Assembly: GCA_951406725.2 (NCBI GenBank)
Contig: OX597827.1
Span: 47,988,001-48,052,000 of the forward strand
Reading direction: 5' to 3'
Length of the DNA: 64,000 nt
From: Octopus vulgaris
Taxonomy: Eukaryota
Position 1 is the first letter of the stretch, and every line of letters begins with the position of its first letter. The position numbers were made by a program, and so were the translations under genes. The notes below the pieces were generated by a model that worked only from the letters and a program-made list of their open reading frames with translations, had not been told where the DNA came from and ran no database searches. This document shows, in pieces, positions 26,803 to 41,650 of the stretch.

Positions 26803-27472
26803 TTAACACTACCATGGGTGCACTTTGGATAACTTGCCAATTACAATATTCTATAGCATCGAGAAGATATATCTATTGGGTCACACACATAACAAGTTAC
26901 ATCTTATTTTGATGCGGAATTGCTCTGGAGTCATATAATGGCCTTGAAGCATTCAGCATCATGCCGTGGGTTTTTGATCTTGCTCTGCCATCAGACATGT
27001 TTATTGATGCCATTTTAATGTTTGTCTAACAATCGTTTGTCATTATTCGAAGCTTGAGGAGCAACTGCATACATTCCAATAAATATAAATCTGGCCAGTC
27101 TGGCTAGTAAAATGCTGTACAGATCTAATTTTCATATTGTTGTTAGTTTCTCGACAGCAAAACCATTGGCACGGGAATATATATATGCACATAAATACTC
27201 AGAAACACACACACACACATGCATACATGCATAAAGACATATATATATATTTACATGCACACATAGACGCACGGAAACACACAAACACACACGCACAGAC
27301 ACAAATATATATATATATATATATATGTAGTTCTACTCATATTTATATAGGAACACAAACACGGACACGTACATAAGAAGAAAGATAGATATACACACGT
27401 AGTCGCGCTTGTCTATTTCTGCACACACACATGTTTTGCCACACACAGATAAACGTAGAATTACTTGTGTAT

Positions 27473-27980
<508 letters not shown>

Positions 27981-28685
27981 GTATGAAAAGATAAGGGGAT
28001 CTTTTTCGGACATAAATGTTTATGAATGTCTAGCTGAGTAAAACAGGAAACTAAAAGGCCTATAGGTAAAATTAATTGAGAACTACTGATATATAGGAAG
28101 TATGTACTTGGCATTACACCAACTCCACTATGTGTATGAGTTAGCGCTTGAATATTTATTAGTGGTAATTTGATACTTTCGTTTACACGGAAATTCAGGA
28201 ATCGAAGTTACAGTACTCCCTAAGTTACCCTTACTACACTTATAGCCAATTATAACACTGTTTCTTTATCGCTCCGATATAATGGTAAATTTGGTTTCTT
28301 TAATGATTATACTTAGAAGACACTAACTGAACTTTACTCTCACTTCTCAGCATGTATCTATCTGGCCACCAACTAAAGGTGTTGACCAACAATGAATTAA
28401 ATTCGTGCTTTGTTCCGTTGACTTCATTGAATACGCAAGCGTCTGTGGGACATTTGCCGCCGCGTAATTATTAATATTGTAGTGGAAATATTTTGTAACT
28501 GGGTTTTGTAATCTATTCAAACGTATATGATTCCAAAAGAAAATCCGAGGCCTAATTATGTTTAATACCTGATTGGAAATTTCTCAAACATAAATTTTTC
28601 AAATACTTCTAAGCAAAGACTAGTGTTACGCTATCATATTCGAAATATCCTCTTGTAAGTATATACAAGCATACATTCATACACT

Positions 28686-28757
<72 letters not shown>

Positions 28758-29271
28758 AACATATATACACTTATATACATACATACATGCACACATGGAA
28801 ACTAATGGCGCTTTCGATGATATTTAGTATGCTTGGTTTCACTTTAGCACAGTTCCGACTTTGTTCGAATTTACATTCTTTTCTGAGTTTTCCTCAAAGG
28901 AACGCAGCTCCGTCGTCTCCGATGCGGTCTTACATTTTCCATTCAATTTACTTCGTCTGAATTCTTCGACATAAAGGTATATCACATTCTTCACAAACAA
29001 TTAAGTTAGAATATTTTTTTTCAATAATTTCTGTTATATTTTCGGAACTCAATAATAGAATCTCAGTTCTCTGAAAAGTGTGTTTCTCTTAATATGATAT
29101 ATTAATATATTCAATTTCATACACATTCGAAAGCGATCAAGTATAACATCGAAACAGTTTATTATAACCGAAGGAATTGCTCCACCAATTACGTGAACCA
29201 AAGAAAAATTTAAACGCGAGCTCTGGCTGAATCTTCAATAACGCTGAAACATAAATCATCATATATATATG

Positions 29272-29446
<175 letters not shown>

Positions 29447-29491
29447 ATATATATATATGTGTATGTATATATATATATATGTATATATATA

Positions 29492-29532
<41 letters not shown>

Positions 29533-29627
29533 GTGTTTTTGTGTGTGTTTTTTTTTGTGTGTTTGTTTTTGTGTTGTGTGTGTTTTTTTTTTTTTTTTTG
29601 TTTGTTTGGTGTGTGTGTTTTTTGGTG

Positions 29628-29683
<56 letters not shown>

Positions 29684-29976
29684 TAATCATATATAGGGTG
29701 GCAAAAAAATTTTGTATATATATATTATATATTATATTATATATATATATATATAATATATATATATATATATTTAATCAATATAGAATTCTTTTGCCAC
29801 CAGCGGCCTAGTGGGAAAAATTAAATAGTCATAAACCATTTTTAAGTTCAACATCAACAATCAAGGAACGGCCATAATAGGCCATTCACCCACTAGAAAT
29901 AACAGCCAAAAGCTTTAACCGCAAAATAATGTCAATTCCGTAAACCAGGAGAAAATTGAAAAACATTTACCCTGTA

Positions 29977-30083
29977 ATTTCTTAGACGATGCACCGTTTC
30001 ATCTTCAGTTTAATGGAAAACTAACCTGATTAAATTAAATCAAGCCAATCTACCATAGGCCCTTAGATTCATCAGTAAGAAAT
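29977..30083 (-). ncRNA. Third, antisense copy of the hammerhead
   Basis: Reverse complement of 30264-30370 in the inverted arm (TCATCAG at 30069-30075). Confidence 0.85.
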
Positions 30084-30263
30084 AGCCAAAACCGGAACAG
30101 ATATTTTTCACGAGGCATTCTCATTGGTAATGGAATCGGCGGCTTATATTTATTTGCTGCCGATAAATTTGGCGCGAGTGCGACGATTTGAAAATTTTAG
30201 GTCAGATATTGACGAGGTAGCAATGAGAATGCCTCGTGAAAAATATCTGTTCCGGTTTTGGCT

Positions 30264-30370
30264 ATTTCTTACTGATGAATCTAAGGGCCTATGGTAGATT
30301 GGCTTGATTTAATTTAATCAGGTTAGTTTTCCATTAAACTGAAGATGAAACGGTGCATCGTCTAAGAAAT
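30264..30370 (+). ncRNA. Type I hammerhead ribozyme, canonical core, extended stem II (predicted cleavage after 30362)
   Basis: ATTTCTTA-CTGATGA-ATCT..[~19-bp G.U-rich hairpin 30291-30334]..AGAT-GAAA-CGG-TGCA-TCG-TC-TAAGAAAT: 8-bp stem I, 4-bp stem II base, 4-bp stem III, GUC triplet. Confidence 0.88.
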
Positions 30371-30755
30371 TACAGGGTAAATGTTTTTCAATTTTCTCCT
30401 GGTTTACGGAATTGACATTATTTTGCGGTTAAAGCTTTTGGCTGTTATTTCTAGTGGGTGAATGGCCTATTATGGCCGTTCCTTGATTGTTGATGTTGAA
30501 CTTAAAAATGGTTTATGACTATTTAATTTTTTCCCACTAGGCCGCTGGTGGCAAAAGAATTCTACAAAATTTTTTTGGCACCCTATATTGATTAATTATG
30601 AATTTTCTGGTTAATTCCGTAATGGAATCGGCGGCTTATATTTATTTGCTGCCGATAAATTTGGCGCGAGTGCGACGATTTGAAAATTTTAGGTCAGATA
30701 TTGACGAGGTAGCAATGAGAATGCCTCGTGAAAAATATCTGTTCCGGTTTTGGCT

Positions 30756-30862
30756 ATTTCTTACTGATGAATCTAAGGGCCTATGGTAGATTGGCTTGAT
30801 TTAATTTAATCAGGTTAGTTTTCCATTAAACTGAAGATGAAACGGTGCATCGTCTAAGAAAT
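30756..30862 (+). ncRNA. Second tandem copy of the hammerhead (predicted cleavage after 30854)
   Basis: Same sequence 492 nt downstream; CTGATGA at 30764-30770. Confidence 0.88.
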
Positions 30863-31358
30863 TACAGGGTAAATGTTTTCAATTTTCTCCTGGTTTACGG
30901 AATTAACGTTATTTTGCATCGTCTAAGAAATTACAGGGTAAATGTTTTTCAATTTTCTCCTGGTTTACGGAATTGACATTATTTTGCGGTTAAAGCTTTT
31001 GGCTGTTATTTCTAGTGGGTGAATGGCCTATTATGGCCGTTCCTTGATTGTTGATATATATATATATATATATACATGTACATACTAGCTGAATAAACAA
31101 ATACGTACACGCATACATTTATATATATGTACATACACACACGCACACACACACACACATATGAATATATAGTTATGCATTATACATGACTGTGTAAATA
31201 TGTATATAATGTATGTATGGAATATATGTTCATGTTCATGTGTGTGTGTCTATATTATGTTTATTTATATACCTCTATATGTATGTATATATATGTGTAT
31301 ATATATATATACACTCTCACATACAGACACACACATACATACATTCGCACACACACAT

Positions 31359-31392
<34 letters not shown>

Positions 31393-32488
31393 ACACCCGT
31401 AAATATATATATATACAGTTGTATATAGAATATGGAAGATGGATAGAAATGGAAGGGAAAGAAAGAGCGGAAGATAAGATTTATTTATATACCAACGGTA
31501 TGAAGGCAAATCAAACTATATTCTAAATTTTGGAAATTGTTTCACTCGAAATCAACATCATTTCCTACTGATGGTATTAGATGTACTACTATGGAAATGT
31601 CCATTTATCAATTGGTTGGACGTATGTACATTTAAGTAAATGGAAGCTATTATTCGTCCAATTTTCAGCTTTATTGTCTTTAGTACCTAATTGCGGTTTC
31701 TAATTTTAATTGAATTCAAGATGGCGTCCTTTTACATCTTCCTGTTTTCCCCTCTTTCTTTGTCTTCAGATAGTTAATTCCTCCTCTGAAAACCCCAATA
31801 TTCTTGCTGTCGTAGTTCATATAATGAACGGGAATAAAAAATATATTATTTCTCATTTGTGTACGTCTAGGCTCTGATTAATAAAATGTACAAATATATA
31901 TACTGACCAGAAATGAAACAAATTATACAATCAAACGCGTTACAGATGACAATACGTTTTACTGTATGATGTTGTTCGGTTTGTACTCTAAAACAGATAA
32001 AATGTAATTGCGAATAAACGAAAACATTTTAAACGCAGTCGAAATATATATAATACAAAGCAAAATATATCAATGCACATACAATGATCAAAACAAAATT
32101 TATTCGTACACAGTTATTGTAGGAAAATATATTTATACATTTTAAATGTCTTTCAATGCAACTTTTTCAACTTTAGACAAGAGGATGTTCGACACACTTT
32201 TTTCTGTGATTTGCATACGTATGGCTAATGTATACGCTCACACGCAGAGAGAGGGAGAGAGAGAGAGAGATGCAGGGAGAAAGAGAAAGTGAGACAGAGA
32301 GAGAGAGAGAGAAAGAGAAGCAATGAGAGAGAGACGCTATGTTCGCTACCAACACGATGAATATTTGGGGAAAGGTTTAATGGGTAGGATGATATTCATC
32401 TAATTTTAACCCTAGGTAATTTGAACGCGTTTGGAAGTTACAAAGCGGTAAGGAGAATAGGCGGTGTATATGTGAATGTAGGTGTGTA

Positions 32489-32710
<222 letters not shown>

Positions 32711-32844
32711 TTCTTCTACATAGAGATATCTAATGTTATTAATCATTTTACTGCTGACATACAGGGAAATATCGGGTTGCTGTGATCAGGCTTCCAAAAT
32801 GGCTTATCACGGCCACAACGTGGAGTTCTAGGCAATAGAATATC

Positions 32845-32931
<87 letters not shown>

Positions 32932-33347
32932 CATATGTATATATATACACACACACATATATATATATATATACCATAGGTAAATTTTTGGGTAGAGATG
33001 TTTGGTATATTGTACGCGTTAGAATTTGGGCTCAGGATCCTTGCTCATTCTAACTTACTAAGAGATGACATAGAGGAAGGACTACGTCACATATAATTTA
33101 AAAGAAAAAGAATAACATCCTGATAATGCAATATTTACGGGGCTAGTGAACAATACTCAATGAACAAAGGATAAAAAAAAAACTTTAAAATTATTTAACC
33201 GGGAAGTAAAACATATTATAAATCAGATGAGTATAATTTTTAGTAACCAGCAGTAAAACGCTAGGATGGTGTTCATGCTGCTAGATTTTTGTTACACACA
33301 CATACATACACACACACATATATAGTGGCGTACGTATACTTTGGTCT

Positions 33348-33404
<57 letters not shown>

Positions 33405-33407
<3 letters not shown>

Positions 33408-33526
33408 CTGTTCGCTTAGCCAGCGGGGTGGCGTCATTTGAAGGCTAAAAAGCAATGCGAAGCGCATTGTGACCACCGATGTGTAGCAACATCTGATAGC
33501 CTGGTCGGTCACGGTGATCACGGTGA

Positions 33527-33528
<2 letters not shown>
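33405..33528 (+). mobile_element. Short retroposon 3' fragment between (TA)n tracts
   Basis: GC-richer island ending in the tandem tail (tcacggtga)2, typical of SINE/LINE 3' ends. Confidence 0.45.
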
Positions 33529-33562
<34 letters not shown>

Positions 33563-33591
33563 CAATTATAATATATATATATATATATATT

Positions 33592-33790
33592 CTTTCTTTT
33601 ATTCGTTTCACTTATTTGACTATAGCCATGCTGATGCAGCGCCTTTAGTCGAACACGTAGACGTCAGGACTTACTCTTTGTAAGCCTAGTACTTATTCCA
33701 TTGGTCACTTAGGCCGAACTTCGAAGTTAAGTGGACGTAAACACAGCAACATCGGTTGTCAAGCGGTGGTGGGGAGGCAAACACAGATGC
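33592..33790 (-). mobile_element. Family B module
   Basis: Reverse complement of 12113-12321. Confidence 0.7.
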
Positions 33791-33804
33791 ACACACACAC
33801 GTGT

Positions 33805-33994
33805 GTATTGGCGATTTCTTTCCTCCGTCTTCCCTTCTTTGGATCTTTCCTTTTCCTATATTTCTGACAAAGAGCTCCGCTCGAAACGTTAAACCGTCCT
33901 ACTTTCCTTCTTCCCTGAGAGTCCAATAATATCATACTTGTTCCACGTCCACGCGTTGTTGTGCTTTCTCTTTGTGGTTTCATGTTTGGATTAA

Positions 33995-33996
<2 letters not shown>
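33805..33996 (+). mobile_element. Short PLE pseudo-LTR-like fragment with a minimal hammerhead-like motif (33861-33893)
   Basis: TTT-CTGACAA-a-GAGC-tcc-GCTC-GAAA-CG-TT-AAA (core G8 mutated); ends in (TA)n. Relatives at 58730-58855 and 60710-60835 on the minus strand. Confidence 0.65.
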
Positions 33997-34033
<37 letters not shown>

Positions 34034-34200
34034 TATATATATATATGTATATATGTATGTGTATATGTATATGTATATATATATATATATACATATACAT
34101 ATACAATTCCATCGTAAAAGGTGGTTATAAGTCAATTAAAAACAGACAAAATATTTTTGTTGCTTTGAGACCCCGATCTGATCACTGGCATAATTCCGTG

Positions 34201-34254
<54 letters not shown>

Positions 34255-34258
34255 CATG

Positions 34259-34295
<37 letters not shown>

Positions 34296-36601
34296 ATACT
34301 TACATATACATATGTGTGTGTCTGTGTGTGCGTATGTGTGTGTGTATTGTTATATGTATACATATACATATTATTTTATCGAAAAATAAACATATTTTCC
34401 TATATCTTAACTATATTTCATTAGTATATTCAACATATTTAAATACCAAAAGATGTTTAATGCTATGTGCAGGAACAAATCATGCCTACAAGAATTTTAC
34501 TGTTGCTGATGTTTTTAAATATGTCTCTTTGTGTCTGAGGATGTAGATGCATTCGGCATCAACATAAGTTTTAAATAATGAGAACCTGAATCAAATTGTT
34601 GTTGAATATTTACAATTCATACTGAAAGTGCTGTGTTTCATTTTGCATCCATTATAACTCGATCAGTAATATAATATATGAATGTGTGTGTCTATATATG
34701 TATCTTTGTCGAAGTGTGTTCCTATGCGAAATGATGATTTAGCCATCAACTGTGGCTCGTTAATAAATCAGTCGTCATGAACTTTCATACCTGCATTCAC
34801 AACAATATAACATATGAACACGTATACACATTTATCACAACCGTTTATATCCGCCTATAGACACTAATAATAAATGCATTCTTAAACTAGATCTGGATGT
34901 GAACCCATTCTTTCTTAAATCATCCAAAGTTCGATATCGCCTCAGTTGTTAATCCTTTACCTGCTTTTGTGTTTACACGATATTTCTCTTTCTCAATCTC
35001 TCTGCACTTCTATCATTTTACCTGTGATGAAGAAATTACGTCCGAAAAGTTAAAACACTTTCTAAGTAAAAAGTTAATGTTCCATTTCTGAAATTTTGTT
35101 CTCGCCTTACTTTAATGCTTTTTCATGATTATTTGATATATACTACACACGTGGTTAGAAGCTTCCTTCCCATAACACATGGTTCCGGGTTCAGTCATAC
35201 ATATATATATATATGTATGTATGTATGTATATATGTATATACAGACAGACACATGTATATATATGTAAGCCACTTGCTATGGTCGTTACAGGAAAGACAT
35301 TTTTGCTTTCTCGTCAAGTAATTTGGTCTTTTCTATTTTCGGGGCCGTCGATAAATAGAAGAGCTTTATATTTTCGTTTCGTTCTGTACACGTCTGTGTT
35401 GTTTAATACCCCGTATTTCCTTTGTGTCGTAGATTTGCTCTCCATTACTCTGGTTCACTCAGATCACTTAATACATGACAGTGTTTGTGGACATTCGTTA
35501 ATTAAATTATATAGCATAACTAAATTTACTTTACATGTGTCAGCTTACACACTCAAAAACACACAGACACATACACACACATCGGTACACCCCGGAGTGA
35601 GTACACTCATACACACTCCTATGCATAATTATTTTTTCATAATATCTTACGATTACAATTTCTTTGATGTACAAATTTGTTATTATATAGATCGAACAAA
35701 TGTTATTATATGCATCGAACACTCACTTCTACAAAAAAACACAGGCACTGGTTTTATTTAACTTCTGTTTTGTAATCAGTTAATTAAACTGTTAATTAAT
35801 TAATGTACAAAATATCAATTAACTCATCGTTTCATTTATTCAGTCAAACTCTTGTTTTCATATGAAGTGTTTGCAGTACACGTTTATTATTTTTCCCTCA
35901 CTTCACGTTAGCCTTCGCTCACACCGATTTTGTTGTAGTTTACCATATTTTATGCGTATTGAGAATGAATGTACAACCATTCCCGTTTAATTCAGATCAT
36001 TTCTTTCCACATAGACACACATACACACACACACACACACAAGCACGCGCACAAACACAAACGTGTGCTAGTGATCATGAGATTTAAACTTAGTCTCCGA
36101 TATTTTTACAAGGAATCATTCCACAATGTAAAGAAAAGCTATAAAAGAGATCAAGTTGAGTAGGTTCAGAGGCAATTACGCGCATAAACAAGTTAGATAC
36201 ATCAAATATATCAAATATACTAAATATCATAAATATATTAGTTTGGGGATGAAATAGAAAAGATGTATATACGTATACATGCAAAACGAGAGAAAACGAA
36301 AGGTGAAAACTTTCAAATGTTGAATTTTAAATCAAAATATGTAGATATTTATATTAATAGGTGCAGCTCACACTGAGTACAAACGATAGACAAAATTAGA
36401 TTGTTGTAAGAAAGATGTTATCACTCCAACATCTGTTTCTGGGTTATAGGCGATGCATGATAATCTTGGTACATTTAGTTTGTCACAATATTCCGCCGTA
36501 TAGATGCAATTAACATTGAAAAAGACGTGCCGTCGTGATCGGGGTAGAGAGGAGCAGACTTTTCAGATCTTAATGCAGATAAGTTCAAATATAGAATCTT
36601 T

Positions 36602-36711
36602 GAAATAAAGTGTCTTGCTCAAGGACACAATGCGTTGCCGGGAATTGAAATGAGCTCACAACCTTACAACCTCGAGCCGAATGTCCCTGACCACTAAGCC
36701 ACGCTCCTTCA
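36602..36711 (-). mobile_element. SINE head fragment (family C/D type)
   Basis: gaaataaagtgtcttgctcaaggacacaa...accactaagccacgctccttca. Confidence 0.7.
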
Positions 36712-36744
36712 CTATATACATATATAACATACACACATGCATGT

Positions 36745-36782
<38 letters not shown>

Positions 36783-36851
36783 GTGTGTGTGCATATATAT
36801 ATGCGGATCGATGGATACAGATAGGTAGATAGATAGATAGTCAGGCAGACA

Positions 36852-36901
<50 letters not shown>

Positions 36902-39900
36902 CATATTTTCAAGAAGATTTGAAAATTCAATTTGAAAGATGTTTATTCACTTCACTTGACCGGTTTCCCTTTTTAGAAAAAGATTGTCAAAAGTAAAATG
37001 TAAAGCTTTGTTGTGTTAAGTACTGGTCGTTACAAAAGTATTCAAATACATATATAATTTTTTTGATAATAATAAGAAAATGTTAAAGACAGTTTACAAG
37101 AAAGTATTTAAGAAAGTATTCAACAAAAGGTATTAGGAGTTCAATAAAAATCATATTTGTTTTGTCGTATATATATATATACACAGGAGATATATTTAAG
37201 AATTTACAAAATGTTGAAGAGGAACCGACCTGTCTTTTTGGCATTTGTTGGAGACCGCAAAATACCAAAGACATAGGTCGATTCCTCTTCAATTTTTTGT
37301 ATATTCTTAAATATATCTCCATCTATGTATACACACACACACACATATATATATATATACTACCAAACAAACATGATTTTTATTAGAGAGAGAGAGAGAG
37401 AGATCATGACAAAGACAAAAATAAATAGCATTTTATTCATTATTTATATTTGTTAACTCTCTTCAAATGTTTCTATCAAAATCCATCGAGATGAAAATCA
37501 ATGTTATATATTTGCTACGAAGTTAGATATGAAAGTAACTGTGCAGCAACAAGGTTTTAAAAATAAACATTTAAGTCTTAAATGCGAAATAGTGTCGTTC
37601 ATATTTAATTGCGGGAACAATATTCCAGAAGTGAGATGCTCGCAGCTGTAAAGCTGATTGAGCGATAGAAATTGGAGAGATAACTCATCGCTAGAAATTT
37701 AAATATACGTAGCTTTCATTACCATCTATTGTGCTATTATTCCCCAATCATCTATAAAATACATGTAAATGACAGTGATAAAACGACTTCCCTCCATTTT
37801 CACCAGCGTACGCTCATTTACTGCTAATCAAACCTTCAGAAATGTCCGTTTACTTTCTGTTTGTCTAGGTACAATTGAAGTGATATTAAATCAGAAGATA
37901 TTTTATTTGTTATTAATAATATTTATTAGTTAGGGTGGTTTAGTTGTATGTATGAGCTGAGTTAGTTTGATGCGAATCTTCACAATATTCTCCAAAACAT
38001 TACTCTCAATGAGATATCATAGTTTATGTGAAAATAATGGTATCGTAGTCGCTTTTGGCTATGGAGCCTGAGGGATTTAAATTTTATAAATATCTTATAG
38101 TGTGCCCGAACAACCTGCATATTCTCTAACACTTAGCATCTGAAGAAGACATAAATTTTATTAGACATTTGAATGGAAATATGCATTAGGAGGGAAAATT
38201 ACTTTCTCTAAACACAATACGGAATGTGATATCTTACATCGAATTAATTCATCGTTATATTCTGAAAACATTTCTGAATGTAATCATTTGGAATTTTTTC
38301 AGGTATAATTTAAGCATTTAAATTGTGCTCTTGGTCTTTTATTTTAAAACGTCGTTGAAAATTATTTACCATAAAATAAGAATGCACGCAATAATTTAAT
38401 ATCCTATTATTAAAACGGAAAATGATGGGAATTTAATTAGAGTCTGCTGCAAGGATTTTGCAGTAAACAAGAACTAGAAGGAAGGGTTTTATTTCCTACA
38501 TTTATGCTCGGCTGCGAATATGTATGAAGAGGAATCATGAGAAACGTGAGGGAAATGATAGAACAAGTATCAATGGTAACATTTAAAATTAGAATATTTA
38601 GGTAAAAATAATACGAAAGAGACATTAAATACAAGTGGTCGCTTGGATTGCATGAGGTGCCACACCTTTCACAAATTTCATAGTATTTATTTCTAAATTG
38701 GGTCGTTTTTTATTATACTTAAACGCAACCATTACAGTAAAAAATGAATTGTGTTTCTGCTAACAACCTCTGATTAATTGGATTATTGCTTGATCAGTGA
38801 TCACCTATATTATAACAGCACTATCTACGGCAAAGGACAAGGAAACATATATGAAGTAGCTCAACTTGTTAGAATCAGCAACCACATCTCCTTCGTGTCA
38901 CACCTTAGAAATATGAACGAGGCGAATTTGTCACTAGGTACACTATAACTTAAAAATATTCACAGTAATGACGGCTGGATCGCTTTTGAAAATCAGGTCT
39001 GATATACGATCTATTCAACAATAATACCAATGCAAATAACTGCTCTGGGGCTCCTTACAACAGTGACCCACTTATCATGATACATCAGCCCTTTCATGTT
39101 CTTTTAGTTTGCTATTTCCTGCAAACTTATCAAAAGAGTACCGAAGAGCTCCGAGATATAGGAAACAAATCTATTTGACAATACCTCTTATCATCTTTCA
39201 AAAGAATGAATTAAAGAAATATTTTCAGTTAAATGTGCACTGACACTGAACCTACGAAAAAGGCTTGAAGGTTGTTGCTGGAATATCTACGATCGTTAAT
39301 ATTTATTGAAAGTGACCTAGCGCTTTACAAAATTGTCAAATTAATTTTTAAAATATATTCCTTTATAGCTAAACATTTATTTTTTTTAAACTTTTGAAAT
39401 GAAGCTAAGACTTTGTTGCCCTTTTCCTACATTATCTGGTCGGAAGATTTGTACCAGTTTTAACTTTATACAATGTTATTCCTGCTATAGTTTACTGGAT
39501 TAAAGTTATAAAATGTTGGAGTTTCGAGATGTGTTAAAAGAAATGAGATCTTGAGTTCCGAAAATTTATTTTTCCTTGTTTAATTATTAATTAATTATAT
39601 TCAATATATACATACATACATACATAAATACATACATACATACGTACGTACATACATGCATATATGCATACGCACACGCAGGCACGGACACACTCACAAG
39701 CACACAATATATATATGGATAGATGCATAAATATATATTATGTATAATATATATATAATATATATATATATATTATATTATATCATATATTGCACACATA
39801 TATATATATATATGGGTAGATAGAAACATATGTGTATATCATATTATATATATGGATAGATAGACAGATACATACATATAGTATATATATATATATATAT

Positions 39901-40400
39901 ATTCCGATGCAGGTGTGTATAAGTATATATGTATGTAAACAAGACACTCTCCGTTGCCCAGACAAATGATTAATTACTTGCTTTGTGTAATAATGTTAAA
40001 AGAAATCCAAATTCAGTAATACAATTTCCGCAACCATTTGAAATTTTAATTACATTTACGTCTAACAATAATGAAGTATTAGAAAACATAAATATTATTG
40101 TTTATGTCATAAACGAATTTAAAATATTATTTTCTTAAATGTGGAATTAGTTAAATAAATTAAAGAATAGCGTCTTGTATTTCTCCACAAAATCTAGTTT
40201 AATAAAATGGCTATTTTGGTATTCAAATTTGCACATATTTCTCTTCCAATTTTCCAAAACAATGAAATTTTTCTTTTTAATTTTTCTATATTCTAAAATA
40301 CCTAATAATTCGAAAATATTAAGCGTTCTGTAACCAGAGCGCAGATTATCGTTCTAATACTGTATAGTGCCAAGCATACCAAGCATTATTTTTAGTTTTA

Positions 40401-41650
40401 TCAGGTCATCCCATAAGTTCTGTCCGATTTTACCTTTTTTTTTTTAAATTGAATGAAATTAAATAGTATTTTAGAATGTCTAATGGAATGAAATTTAATA
40501 GTATTTTAGAATGTCTAATGGAATGAAAAATTAATTTTATACATTTGTCTACATTTAATTTCATTGAATATTATTTTACAGAATAATAGCATTAGAATTT
40601 CTTTGATTAAAACCCTTTTTAAGATGGAGGTATCCAAAGAGCATTTGAAGCACATAATGCATTATGAGTACAAAAAAGGAAACTCTGCAGTCGACGCGAC
40701 TCCAAGCATACGCTTAGTTTATGGGAAAGAATGCTTGAATGAAAGAACTTGCAGAAGATAGTTTGCAAAATTCAGAATTGGAGATTTCAGCCTTGAGGGT
40801 GAAAATCGGACAGGATGTCCACCTGAGTTTCATGATAAGTTCCTTGAAGAAAATCCTACATTATCAGTTGAAGAAACCATAAAACTGTTCCTAAACTTGG
40901 AAAATGGGTGCCTCATGAATTGTCCGAAAGCAACCACAAATCCCGAGTTGACATCTGCTCTTCTTTTCATTCATGCGAACTCATTTCACCCTTTTTGGAT
41001 AGACTTCTGACTGGTAAAGAAAAATGGATCTTTTATCAAAATGTTAAACGTCGTAAACTGGCTTAGTAAAAGGGAAAAAATCTCAACCACAACCGTTTAA
41101 GGGAACTTAATGGGAAAAGGTTCATCTCTCTATCTGGTGGGATTGCAAATGTGTAATTTACTTTTAATTGTTACCACCTAATGCCACATTCAATGCTCAA
41201 GTCTACTGTCAGCAATTAGAGCGTTTGAACCAAGCTTTGAAAAAAAGAAAGACCCGCTTTAGTGAATCGAAAAGGAGTTATGCTTCATCAGGACAATGCG
41301 CGACTTCACACTCCAAAGTCACATCACAGAAGATCGAAGAGCTTGGTTGGGAAGAAATTCCTCCTCCACGAACTGGCTCGTGCACACTACCTTTTGTTTT
41401 GTAGTTTAAAGAATTATTTGGGGGTCATAACTTTCGCAAGTAAGGCGAAGGTCGAAACTGACATTTCAAAGTGCTTCGCTTTGAAACCAAAAAGTTTTAC
41501 ATTGATGAGATTAAACATTTTGTAGATAGATAGAGGGAAGTCATAGATAACCAGGGAAAGTACATTGATGCTTAAATTTCAATTAAATATAATATTTGAT
41601 TACTTGTTTTCTTTATTCAAAATTCGGACAGAACTTATGGAATGACCAGA
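40401..41650 (+). mobile_element. Mariner DNA transposon, complete ends, inactive
   Basis: ~31-bp TIRs tcaggtcatcccataagttctgtccga / tcggacagaacttatggaatgaccaga; TA on both sides (40399-40400 and 41651-41652); 1250 bp. Confidence 0.92.
40624..41575 (+). pseudogene. Mariner transposase pseudogene
   Basis: MEVSKEHLKHIM HTH region, WVPHEL (~40904), TGKEKWIFY (TGDEKW-like), HQDNARLH; multiple stops, frameshifts and deletions. Confidence 0.9.

Larger units (their letters stand above)
29683..31054 (+). mobile_element. Retrozyme-like non-coding element: 492-nt tandem unit (~1.8 copies) preceded by an inverted partial copy, in (TA)n
   Basis: 30127-30493 is repeated from 30619 (period 492). 29784-30126 is the reverse complement of 30221-30564, and 29683-29716 of ~30563-30595. 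Three hammerhead copies. Confidence 0.85.

Noticed and set aside
31717-31730. CAAGATGGCG YY1-like/start motif (similar at ~43414)
   Set aside because: No ORF, CpG-rich context or splice donor supporting a host first exon.
38136-38190. CTGAAGA...GAAA hammerhead-like words
   Set aside because: No convincing stem II and no UH cleavage triplet in register.
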